Positions 13,927 through 26,711 of a stretch of 64,000 bases of DNA are shown here, one piece after another. The position numbers and the translations under genes are program-made. The notes under the pieces were generated by a model. It did not search any database. It saw nothing but the letters and a program-made list of their open reading frames with translations, and was not told the origin of the DNA. The DNA comes from the human T2T-CHM13v2.0 reference genome, Homo sapiens. Each line of letters begins with the position of its first letter. Position 1 is the first letter of the stretch. Location: the NCBI RefSeq assembly GCF_009914755.1, contig NC_060933.1, one strand, 5' to 3'.

Positions 13927-15400
13927 TTTTTTTTTTCCAGCTGAATTCGTCTCTTTTTATTCTCTTGGTAATCTCTTCCAGTTAACTAATTCCATTGTAG
14001 GTGATGAAATGCGTAAAGCTCCACTTCAGATGTTGGCACTGCTATGAACATGGTCTTTCCCTTTATTGCAACACACAATCAAAACCTTTGATTTTTTTTG
14101 TATATTCCAGTCCCAGAAGTAGTTTCCACTGTAGAAGTTAATTGATGAGTCTTACTCTTTCTAGTAGTAGCTTATGACCAGGCTGTAGCTTCTCCAGGAA
14201 CACAACAGGATGAATTTAGTTTAAATATGCATTAAACGAAAAGGTATTCTCTCAAATGAGTTAAAATGCATTTTATTTTTAGACAACCTACATGACATGC
14301 TTTTCTTTCTTTTTCTTTTTTTTTAGACGGAGTCTCACTCTGTCGCCAGGCTGGAGTGCAATCTTGGCTCACTGCAACCTCTGCCTCCTGGGTTCAAGTG
14401 ATTCTCCTGCCTCAGCCTCCTGAGCAGCTGGGACTATAGGCTTGCGCCACCATGCCCAGCTAATTTTTGTATTTTTAGTAGAGATGGGGTTTCACGGTGT
14501 TGGCCAGCACGATCTCCAACTCTTGAGCTTGTGATCCACCCGCCTTTGCCTCCCAAAGTGCTGGGATTACAGGTGTGAGCCACTGCCCCCCAGCCAACAT
14601 GTTTTTCTTAAAAACAATGCCTCCACTCCGAATAAATTATGGTAAAAATAAATGAAGAGCTCAAGATGATATTAGTCCCATTTGTCTTAGGTCCTGGTGT
14701 TGTGTGGATGACAATTAGAAGCGAGTTATGATGACAGGTAATAGATCCAAACTAATTGCCAAATTTGTTAACATTTTTCCGTTTCTAAACCATCCCTAAA
14801 GAAAATCATATATGGGGTCACACCATCCTCACCGTAGTCCAGTAGAGCAACCATGCCATCTGGATTCATGTTTTCACCAATAAAGAACTGGTAGTTTTTG
14901 AAATTAGCAAGGATGTGCTTGATTTGTTCTGCAGCCCCTGTCATAAAAGGTTTTACTCTTTCTGGTCTCAGTTCTTCAAGTTTGCCTTTGATTGATTTCA
15001 TGTAATCTTTGATGTACTTCTTGTGGGCTTCTTTTGTGAAACTTGTTTCCTGCAGGTGATGGTTCATGACAACATCGACAGCAGTGATTACTGTGCTTTC
15101 GGTACCTTCACCCTCGGGGCCTTCAGCGGAGACATTTCCACCAATGAGCGAGTCATCAATGTTACCTTCTGTCCTACTGACCATTTTCCCCACCACCTCC
15201 CAGCACAGCCCGTCCACAATCTCCCAGATCTTCTAGATGTCGGAGAACATCTCATTGTGACTGATGAGGTCCTGGTAGATAATCATGATGGCGGCTGAAG
15301 GGAGACTACGGCAGCACTAGCTTAGCAGCAGCCAGAAGCTCCAAGCGAGTGTGGTGCAGCCAGGGTGGCGCTCAGGGGGACGGGGGAGCAGGTGGAAAAG
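13927..15400 (-). pseudogene. TPT1P: Processed pseudogene of TPT1 (translationally controlled tumour protein), long-3'UTR isoform
   Basis: Intronless CDS 15286..14768 (519 nt, [27 protein letters not shown]...DGLETEKC) with premature TAG at codon 18 (15235-15233); 5'TOP CTTTTCC start at 15400; AATAAA at 13961-13956; poly(A) 13936-13927; TSD atgatg(t/a)gcttt at 13918 and 15402. Confidence 0.97.
14308..14595 (-). mobile_element. AluSc-like inserted in the TPT1 pseudogene 3'UTR
   Basis: Alu consensus with Sc-type tgtcgccagg; TSD acatg(c/t)ttttctt at 14295-14307 and 14597-14609. Confidence 0.93.
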
Positions 15401-15419
15401 CATGATGAGCTTTTAGAGC

Positions 15420-15625
15420 AGCGGGTTTGCATCCAGAACTTGGCTTGAACCCCACTCTAATGTTTCATATCTCTGTGAACTTATGCATGGTACATAAACT
15501 CTGAACCTCATTTTTTCTTATTTGTAAGTGGTGATATTTATACCTACATTCCACATACACAGTAGGACGTAATGAAATAAAATAGTGCATATAAAGTGCT
15601 CAGTGATTTGTAGACATGATACAGT
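15420..15625 (-). mobile_element. MIR
   Basis: ctctgaacctcattttttcttatttgtaagtggtgata...taaagtgctcag. Confidence 0.7.
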
Positions 15626-15884
15626 AAATCTTCACTTCAGTGATTCTCAGATTTCCTATGAGTAATGGAGTACTGCTAGTGAATATCAAAGTTAATTTTC
15701 ACCAATACCTGCATAATGAAGATGTTGAGTGAACAGGGCTTGGATAGAAAATAAGAAAGCAAATGGACAATGCAGGCATGGAGAGGAAAGCAGAAATAAT
15801 ATTTTCTAACACAAATAGTACCTAATTCAATTTTCTTTGGGACTATATCTGGAATATAGAGACAAAGGATTATAAGTAATTCTC

Positions 15885-16200
15885 TCAATCAATATTTATT
15901 GAACACATCCTATGTTTCATAAACTATTCTAGGTACTGGGTACTACAACAGTAAGTCCATTGGAAAAAGTTCCAACCAACACAGAGCTTATATGCTAGTG
16001 ATGGTAGAGAGAGGCTATATATAGATATACATAAAAACTAATTTAAAAAGCAGGTAATAGAAAGTTCTGAGTTACTAATAAAAGAGGTACTGAGTTAGAG
16101 TGAGACAGAAGATGTAAAATAGGTTGAGTGTTTTGGTGAGGTCATCTATAAGGAGGTGACATTTAGGCACAGACCTTTACAAAATAGTCAACTATGTGAT
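15885..16200 (-). mobile_element. L2 3' end
   Basis: caatcaatatttattgaacacatcctatg...aggaggtgacatttaggcacagacc. Confidence 0.75.
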
Positions 16201-16264
16201 AATTTTTGTATTAGAGTAATCCTAGGGGCTGTAATGAACAAATGCTAAAATATTAGTGGCTTAG

Positions 16265-17144
<880 letters not shown>

Positions 17145-17581
17145 AGAAATGCATTTCTGTCTCATGTTCAATAGTTTTTCTTGCTTACCTTTCTTCCATG
17201 TGTTGATTAAGGAATCCAGGCTCCTTCTATTTTTTGGCTAAACCAGCCCTTTAGGCCTCAGAATTTTCTAATGTCAAAAAATTGAAGCAATTAAAAGGCA
17301 CATTTGCTTCTTAAATTCCTTCATCAAAACTACACGTATCACTTCTGTTCACATTTTATTGGCAATAACTCATCATTTGGCTAACCTGGATGCATTGGGA
17401 ACTGGATAACATAGTCTCTAATTGGATAGCCACATCTTATTGGAATTCCATGCAATGAAAAGAAAGCATGGAATTTGGATAGACAGTAAGCTGTTTTGTG
17501 AGAGTCTACTCTTTTAGCCAACAAATACCTGCATGGCTCTCCCTTGTTACATTCATGCTAAACTCAAAGATATTCTGATGT

Positions 17582-17853
17582 GGCTGGGTGTAATCTTTCA
17601 CACCTGTAATCCCAGAGCTTCGGGAGGCTGACACGGGAGGATCACTGGAGGCCAGGAGTTTGAGATCAGCCTAGATTCTGTCTCTACAAAAAAAGAGAAA
17701 AAAGAAAACTACTTATTCGTAGTAGAACCCACCTGTAGTCCCAGCTACTCAGGAGGCTGAGGTGGGAGAATCACTTGGGCCCAGGAGTTTGAGCCTGCAG
17801 TGAGCCATGATTGTGCCACTGCACTCCAACCTGAGCAACACTCTGTCTCAAAA
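17582..17853 (+). mobile_element. AluJ, internally deleted
   Basis: gggaggatcactggaggccaggagtttgag; cccaggagtttgagcctgcagtgagccatg. Confidence 0.88.
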
Positions 17854-17913
17854 TAAGCAAAGGTACCCTGATGACATGCATTCCTTTCTGTCTGATCAAG
17901 ATATGACTCTTGA

Positions 17914-18369
<456 letters not shown>

Positions 18370-18652
18370 TCACCTTCAAGAAAGAGGAATAGAGAACACA
18401 CAGTAGTCAGCCATAGCAATAATAAAATCCTGCCGGTCAGATATTCTGAAGAGATTCTGATCAGTCAAAGGGTGGAATTACTTCACTCGATTCTGGTTCT
18501 GTTATCTTGGGAGTATCTATTTTTGTCTGTCGTTCCTATTGCTCCAGCTCCACCAAGGGGTGTGGGGGTGAGTCTTTTGCACGTTGCGCTCCATGTCCAT
18601 ACTGAGTGAATATTTGGAAAGGTGTATTTTCCTAGGAAGGTGTGCAGCTTTC

Positions 18653-19477
18653 CTTTTTTTAATTTATTTTATTTCTATATTTTAAGTTCAAGGTACATGT
18701 GCAGGATGTGCAGGTTTTTTACATAGGTAAACCTGTGCCATGGTGGTTTGCTGCACAGATCATTTTATCACCGAGGTATTAAGCACAGCATCCAGTAGCC
18801 ATTCTTCCTAATCCTCTTCCACCTCCCAACCCCTGCCCTCTGACAGGTCCCAGTGTGTGTTGTTTCCCCACCATGTGTCCATGCATTCTCATCACTTAGC
18901 TCCTTCTTATAAGTGAGAAAATCCAATATTTGCTTATCTTTTCTGGGGTTAGTTTGCTAAGGATAATGGCCTCCAGCTCCATCCATGTCCCTACAAATGA
19001 CATGATATTCCATGGTGTATATGTCCCACATTTTCTTTATCCAGTCTATCATTGATGGGCATTTAGGTTGATTCCATGTCTCTACTGTTGTGAATAGTGC
19101 AGCAATGAACATATCTGTGCGTGTGTCCTTAAAATAGATTGATTTATATTCCTTTGGGTATATCCCCAGTAATGAGATTGCTGGGTCGAATGGTATTTCT
19201 GTCTTTAGGTCTTTGAGGAATTGACACACTGTATTCCATAATGACTGAATTAATTTACACTCTCACCAACAGTGTAAAGGCATTCCTTTTTTTTTTCTCC
19301 ACAACCTTGTCAGCATGTTATTTTTTGACTTTTTAATAATAGCCATTCTGATTGGTGTGAGATGATATCTCATTGTAGTTTTGATTTGCATTTCTGTGAT
19401 GATCAATGACGTTGAGCTTTTTTTTATATGTTTCTTGGCTTCATGTACATCTTCTTTTGGGAAGTGTCTGTTCATTT
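18653..19477 (-). mobile_element. L1PA13-16-like ORF2 end and 3'UTR
   Basis: ORFs 18957-19229 and 19263-19475 encode L1 ORF2p C-terminal motifs (MFIAALFT, QPKCPS, MRYHLTP). Confidence 0.92.
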
Positions 19478-19653
19478 CATAGCCAGATATTGTTCATAAA
19501 ATGTTGGGGACTCAAAAGATTAAAGTTGTAGCCTTTCAAAGCCAGAATTGCAGTTTTTACAAAGATATAATTTCCTGAAAAACAGAGTAGGGTACTCATT
19601 CATTTTCTTCTAGAGAAGCGGCAGCCCGGTGTATTGATTAAGAGCATAAACCC

Positions 19654-20008
19654 TGATATGGTTTGGCTGTGTCTCCACTCAAAACGCACCTTGAATTGTA
19701 ATAATCCCCACCTGTCAAGGGCAGGGCCAGGTGGAGACAATTGAATCATGGGAGCAGTTTCTCCCATTCTGTTCTCGTGGTAATGAATAAGTCTCGGGAG
19801 ATCTGATGGTTTTATAAATGGGAGTTCACTTGCACAAGTTCTCTTGGCTGTGCCATGTAAGACGTGACTTTGCCCCTCATTCACCTTCTGCCATGATTGT
19901 GAAGCCTCCCCGGCCATGTGGAACTGTGAGTCAATGAAACCGCTTTCCTTTAAAAATTACCCAGTCTTGGGTATGTCTTAATTAGCAGTGTGAGAACAGA
20001 CAAATACA
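19654..20008 (+). mobile_element. THE1 (THE1B/C-like) solo LTR
   Basis: tgatatggtttggctgtgtc...gcagtgtgagaacagacaaataca. Confidence 0.93.
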
Positions 20009-20062
20009 GGCCCTTTAGCTATATCCACTTAATAAAATCCTGACTCTGCAACTCCATGGCTG

Positions 20063-20515
20063 TGTCTTAGTTTGAGTTCCCAGTTAAGTAGACACTGAAA
20101 TAAGGACCTGAGTGTAAGTAATTTATTTGGAAAGTATCACCAGAAAGACAAGTAAAGAAATAGGGAAGTGAGACAGTGAAGTGAAGACAGTCAATAATTG
20201 CTAGGTTCTTAAATGAGTTACCAATGTGAGGAAGCAAAGGCTTGATTCCACTGGGAAACTCTAGCAACAAGTATAGAATGCCCACCTCAAAGTTACGCCA
20301 CCTAAAGAGCAAGGAATCCGGGCAATGACCCAATGCAGCATTGTTGAGTGTGGTTAGATAGTAGAAAGCTTTATTCTCAGACATTATGGTCTGCTCTGGG
20401 CTTGGGTGAAGCTCCTATAACCAGGGAAAACTCTAAGAAAAAGAGATTCCAGTGCTGATAGCTGGAATTTGGGACACCAGAGGGAATATCGGTGTATATC
20501 AATAATGTTTGCTGT
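20063..20515 (-). mobile_element. ERVL LTR, LTR33-like
   Basis: tgtcttagtttgagttccc...tttatttggaaagt...gggaagtgagacag. Confidence 0.75.
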
Positions 20516-20517
20516 AT

Positions 20518-20690
20518 TGTGTCACATTGGGCAAGTTACTTAATTTTGAGATGTCCCAGTTTCCTCATCTATACAATGGGGATAATAAAAATACCTACCA
20601 TATAACTTTGTTATGAAGATTAATCAATTTAATATTTGTAATGCACATTTGACAGTTTCTGGCATTGTCAAAGAAATGGCTGTGTAAGAG
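20518..20690 (-). mobile_element. MIR
   Basis: ttgggcaagttacttaa...cagtttcctcatctatacaatggggataataa. Confidence 0.85.
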
Positions 20691-21933
20691 TTTTTGAAAA
20701 AGTGAATGTTTAAAATCATCATACTCTTCAGAAGCACTAAGGTGGGAAAGAGCTTGGTGTACCTGCAGAGCAGGAAAAAACTAGTGTGGGGTGGAATTGC
20801 TAACAAAAAAGAGCATGGTCATCAGGTGAGATCTCTCAGACCAGAGGACTGACTTCAGCCCAAGCTTCAGTAAATTCGTGTGATTTTCTGTGCTTAAGGG
20901 ATCATATTCCAATGGTAGAGGCACATTAGAATCAGGGAGCATTTTCAGAAGCGTCGTATGGAGTAAATAATATTTTCTGATCAACAGTAATGGGAGTTTC
21001 ATGAGGGGTTGAAGTGAGCACTGACAGATATTGGACTGAAGTGCAGTTAGTCCTGTCTCTAATGCGAGATAGATCTTTGGAAACCAACATAATTCTTCAA
21101 AGTCGATAACTTATTTTTTAGAGATGTTTCCTAATTATGAACATGCATGAAATTAAGGCAATAGCTTAAAGCACTGCTTTTTGCCTTAATTTTACTATCA
21201 GTTCCTCATAAGAAAGTAAATAATGTATTTCCGGAGGAATGGAGATTGTTTTGGCCATTGCAAAAATTGTCTGTTTGGCTCAGAACAATAGAAAATAGAC
21301 AGATCCAAAAGCATACTGACTCTGACTTTGTTGGAAAAATATTCATTGGATTCATAAAGAGACATCATTAAAAGTAACACTCAATACTAATTAGGGAGGC
21401 GTTGCAATCAATGTCTTCAGAGTTACATTGATAATACATCATATAAGAACCTACACTCTATAATTCTATTCTGTACCTTTGCTTTTATTATCTAACACAT
21501 TCTGTTCTATATTTACTCTCAGATGATAATGATTCTGCTCACTAATTCTCAGGAAAAAATAGAAATTAGAAGACATTTTCACAAACTCACACACTTCTAT
21601 ACACATTAATATATGTATAGATGTGTTTAACCTTACCTCCTGTTACCTTGTACGAAGAGTCTGTGTTTATTCTAAGCCTGCTCCACTCAAAGTCTTCCCT
21701 GTTTGAGTAAGAGGTAAATACATTCTTCTTCTTGCACAGAACGTAAAACGCAGGTCATTTTGAATCTTTTTTCATACCACTCATCCAGTTCATTGGCAAC
21801 CTCTAAAATTGGTTGACTCTGCCTTCAAAATATTTAGAATGCTGCCATGATGATTCAAGCTATTATTTCTAGCCAAGATTATTACAAGGACTTCCACGAT
21901 GGTCTTTTAGCTTTTCTTCTACTACACCTACAA

Positions 21934-22153
21934 CAGTGGTTCTCAACTTGGGGTCATTTATCCTTCCTCAGGGGACACTTGGCAATGTTTTCAGACACTT
22001 TTGGTTGTTACAACTGGCAGGCAAGAAGCTGTAGGCATCTAAGGGGTAGATAGCAGGGACGCTGTTTAACAGCCTACAATGCACAAGACAGGCTCCTTCA
22101 ACAAAGAATTTTCTGGCCCCAGATGTCAATGTCATCCAGGTTGAGAAACACTG
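21934..22153. mobile_element. MER20 (hAT-Charlie MITE)
   Basis: TIRs cagtggttctcaac / gttgagaaacactg; degenerate 8-bp TSD acctacaa/gcctacca. Confidence 0.9.
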
Positions 22154-22582
22154 GCCTACCATCTATTCCCAATGTAGCAGGGCTGAGTGAGCATGTGAAA
22201 GGGTGGTTCTGATCAAATCTTATGTCTGCTCAGTTCTTGTAGTGGCTCTCCAATTCTCTCAGGGTAAAAGCCCAATCTTTTTCATCACCCATCAGGCCCT
22301 CAAAAATGCAATGCCCCTGTTATGACCCCGGCCATATCACCATTCTCTCTTACAGACACTGACCCTTGGGCATCTCTGGTCATTCCAACTTCAGGGCCTT
22401 TGGATTGACTATTCCTTCTAGTGAATCACACTCTTCCAGGATATCTGCAATGTCCACTCCCGGTGCTCCTTCACTACTTGTGCAGATGTCACCATCTCAG
22501 TCAAGCCTATCCTCAATATCCCATTAATACTGAATCATGTCCCTGCACTCCCAAATCTAATTACAGACTTCTGAATAATTAT

Positions 22583-23048
22583 TATTATAGAGTGAATTGT
22601 GCTCCCCAAAATTCACATGTTAAAGTCCTAATCCATAGTACCTCAGAATGTGATTGTATTTGGAGACAGATGCTTTAAAGAAGTAATTAGGTTAAAATTA
22701 GGTCATTAGAGTAGGCCTTAATCCAATATGACCAGTGTCCTTATGTGAAGAAGAGATTAGGGCCCAGTGAGGTGCAGAGGGAAGATGCTAGAGGACACCA
22801 GGAGAAGGTGAATGGTGTACAAGCCAAGGAGAGAGGCCTCGGAAGAAACTCGAGAACCCTGCTGACACTTTGATTTCAGAATTCTAGCTTTTAACATTGT
22901 AAGAACATAAATTTCTGTTGTTTAAACCACTCACTCTGTGGTACTTTGTAGCAGCAGCCCTGGGAAACTATTAGGTTGGTACAAAAGTAATTGCGGTTTT
23001 TGCCAGTGCTTTTAATAGCAAATACTTTTGCACCAACCTAGTAATATA
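22583..23048 (+). mobile_element. MaLR LTR, MLT1B-like
   Basis: tgaattgtgctccccaaaattcacatgttaaagtcctaa...gcagccctgggaaacta. Confidence 0.88.
22971..23041. mobile_element. MADE1 (Hsmar1-derived MITE)
   Basis: ttaggttggtacaaaagtaattgcggtttttgcc...tacttttgcaccaaccta flanked by TA. Confidence 0.92.
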
Positions 23049-24690
23049 ATAACTATTACCTACTAACATACAATACAATTTAATTTTCAGTTACTTTCTG
23101 GCTTATTGTTATTCTTCCACCTTGATTATAATCTCCATGAAGACAAGGATTTTGTCCTTTTTGTTTGTTTATCTCAGATGTGTAAACTTGCCCTTTCCAG
23201 TGACCTATACTTTGCAAACGAGGAAAGTTTGACACAAGAAATGTATATGGCTTACCCAAGGTTGTAAGGGCAGTGAATGAATGGCAGAGACAGCACAAAC
23301 TCCAGGATTCCTGATGCAGACTTTTGTTGGCTCTCTTTCAAACCACATAGTTACCTTGGCCTAGAGGATGGAGAAATGCTAGAGTAGAGCTATTACAACA
23401 GAAAATCTCACATTCATCATCCACTGCCATACACCACCAGGCATACACACACATGAGCAATGAGAATGAGCAGCCAAAACCACTCCACATTTAAGAAATA
23501 CACTCATATTGTTTATGAAAAATAAAATATATACACCTGTTTAGATTACCGTACTTTTCAGCGACTGATGAGTGATAGAAAAGAAAGGAAGAAATAAAAT
23601 TATCCAAGAAAAGCTACAGTGCAGAAAAACAGAAGCAACAAGCAGTGGCATTAAATATAGGGGTTTCATGGTCATTTCTGTGTTTACTAGCACGGAAGAC
23701 AGATCTTTAGTTATGAACAAAAATATTCATTCCCTACCCAGGAAAAAATTCCGATTTAACACATTAGCCCCTTTCTCTGCCATCCTGCCTGTGAGCTTGG
23801 CAAATCAACCAGTTTATATACAATTAACAGAAAGGCTCCCAACACAAGGAAACCTTTGTTCTTGTGAAAGAAAACCCCTGTGTTCTCATCTCTCACAGTG
23901 GTTTTCTTTTAAAAAGAATCAACTGCCAAAAAATTAATTAATTAATGTAGTTAAATAAATAAGTAAATAGGAAGAGATGGGGAGGAAAACACACTCTCTG
24001 ATTGAAATCTATTTTCATCTCATAAAAAAATCTTAATTTTCACTTATATTCCATGCCTATAGCTGAGGGCCATTAAAACTAATAAAACTGAATCATTCGT
24101 GACAGATCTTAGAAAACAGTTTCTGCAATCCACTGCGCTCTCAAATGCTCATTAGAAATAGTGGTTTTCTTTTCAGAAGAATGCTTGCTGAATGCTTAAA
24201 ACGTGTTCCTTCCAACTACTGACAAGTCAAACTGGCAATGGAGTGTTTGAAGCAAAGCCTTGACATAAAAAAGATGTTGCGCAGCTATATCAAATATGAT
24301 CGGGAACAACGCATCAAAGCAGAAAGCGTTAGAATGCAAGGCAGTTGGAGGAGAGAGAATCAACACATTTGTTTCTGCTTTCAACATTTTCTGGCATCAG
24401 AATAAACAAGGAATTTGCATTTAATGTAGGCAGAATATTCCACATGAGTTTGAATTAAAAAGTTCTGCCTCCTTCTTTGAAAATCAAACTACCCTTGGCC
24501 ACATATCATGTAAGCACTTGAATACGTTTTTATGTGACTGTAAAATGGAAACAATAACAACAGCAATAATAATGTTAATAACAATGCTTACCTATGCCAT
24601 AGAGTTTTCATGGATGTTAAAAAGTAAATGCATGGTTAAAAACCTTTCATTAATATTAATTATTAAACAAATGCTAACGTTTATTATTTG

Positions 24691-24992
24691 TTTTTTTTGT
24701 TTTTTTTTTGAGACATAGTTTCACTCTTGTCACCCAGGCTGGACCTCAGTGGCACAATCTCGGCTCACTGCACCCTCCGCCTCCTGGGTTCAAGTGATTC
24801 TCCTGGCTCAGCCTCCTGAGTAGCTGGGACTATAGACGCACACCACCAAGCCTGGCTAATTTTTGTATTTTTAGTAAAGACAGAGTTTCACCATGTTGAC
24901 CAGGCTGGTCTCAAACTCCTGACCTCAGGTGATCTTTCTGTCTTGGCCTTCCAAAGTGCTGGAATTACAGGCTTGAGCCACCGTGCCTGGCC
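24691..24992 (-). mobile_element. AluSx/Sz
   Basis: Full Alu consensus with T tail. Confidence 0.95.
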
Positions 24993-25204
24993 ATATTTGT
25001 ATTAGTGATAGCTACCACTATTGAGCACTTACTATGTGCAGTAAATTTTATGTTTATGATTTACTTTTTCACATTGAGTTCTTAAATAGATAAAATTATC
25101 TCTATGCTACAGAATTAGGTACTAAGAGTCAAAATAATTATGGTATTAATATTAATTAATATTTTAATATTAGTAAATTTGAATATTAATTAATATTCAG
25201 TAAA

Positions 25205-26711
25205 TTTCCCCCAAAGAGGATATAACATCTCTCATATAGTTTGGGGGTGATGTTCATTTCTTATAGCTGATTTTCATTCTCCCTTTGGTATCCTATAACT
25301 TAAACAATGAGCTCTATCTTCTGTTTCATGGAAGGGTAATGGAAAAAGGAAAGAAAACAAAAATATCGTGCATACACACATATACATACATATTCATATC
25401 AAAATAAAGAATATTTATAACTATTATAGTCCTCATCTTTGTGACTGTTTATGTGGTCAGATCTGGTATTTATAACTACCGTCTTTCACTACCCATTCCA
25501 AATTCCAACTGGAGAAATCACCTCAATTTCTTGTGATTTCCTGGGTAGTTGGGTGATCCAAACCTTGATTCCTGAAAGATCTGGACCACTAGCAGTTCTC
25601 CCTGAACTGGGTTCTTGCAACTTTTTTTGACTTTAGTCACGGACATGGGAATACTAAGAATTGCTGAGGGGTTCTCCTGCATTCCAAGCATATTCCTTCT
25701 TACACACGTTGTATAACAACTCAATTTCTCCTAGAGAGTCAGAAACAATCACTCCAGCCAATACAGTTACTCTATTCTTTGCTTGTTGATTAACTGGCAC
25801 AATAAACCCAGAGCAGCCAGGTGACATTTTTAACTTCTAGCTGAATGACATCTTCGTTGGCAAAATCAAGGATTTTTTGTGCATTTTACCTGCTCATGTG
25901 TCATATTTTGTTTCTCATTCTTTGAGGCTCCTGGGACTTGTATATTTATACATTTAGAAGCAAGGAGAGGTAGTGAGGGTAGTTCCTAGGTAGAATCAGC
26001 AGTCTTTTGCAGACCATTACAATTTCTGCAGAAAGGGAGTTGCTTCTACTGTAAAGAAGCCTCCACAGAATTTAGGGGTTCAAAATCCCCAGCTTTATTG
26101 AAATATGCCCATCTGCCCCACTGCAAATTTCAAAGTCTTATTCTTTCCCAGTTAATGCCCAAATTTTAATAATAGAGACCTCCTGGGAGTTGGGGATTCA
26201 ATTTACGTTGTAATTCAGTCCCCTGCAAGATTAGACTTTGGGCTTAGCTTTTGGAAGTCCCAACCCCGTGGTCACAGAAGATAAGGATTTTTGTATTGTT
26301 TTTTTAAGGTAGACATAGACAACTTCAGGTCTGTTACGTGGACCTTAGCTGGGATATTATCATTTTGTGTTTATCCTCCCTGCGACACACATATTTCCTG
26401 TATAGTTAGAAGAAACCAATCAACCCCATCGTATGCCTAATTTGACTAAAATATTCTCTGGCATCACATACTTAGTCACTCAGCGCCTTGCTTTCTATAG
26501 GCATTTGATTACACATATCTGCAGGTGATAATTTGCATAACACTTTCACAACTGAATGACATAAATTACTAGTGTCTCTTTAACCACTGGAAAGGGCAGT
26601 GATTAGAACCTTTCAATCTAATCAGATCAGAACAAGCCAGATAACCCCAAACCAGTCCAGAAACCCTATCCTTAAGATATTATTTCTCTAGAATCTCTCT
26701 TAGTGACAAAT
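25205..26711 (-). mobile_element. Ancient ERVL internal remnant (pol/dUTPase end and leader)
   Basis: Minus strand 25520-25850 resembles the ERVL dUTPase-like region (..NQQAKNRVTVLAGVI..). Confidence 0.7.

Larger units (their letters stand above)
21530..23210 (+). mobile_element. L2 3' region, interrupted by MER20, MLT1B and MADE1
   Basis: ccaacttcagggcctttg...ctccatgaagacaaggattttgtc. Confidence 0.7.

Noticed and set aside
15023-15298. 91-aa plus-strand ORF
   Set aside because: Antisense shadow of the TPT1 coding frame; non-ATG start and no independent evidence
23572-23937. 121-aa ORF in unique sequence
   Set aside because: GTG start, no recognisable domain or exon structure
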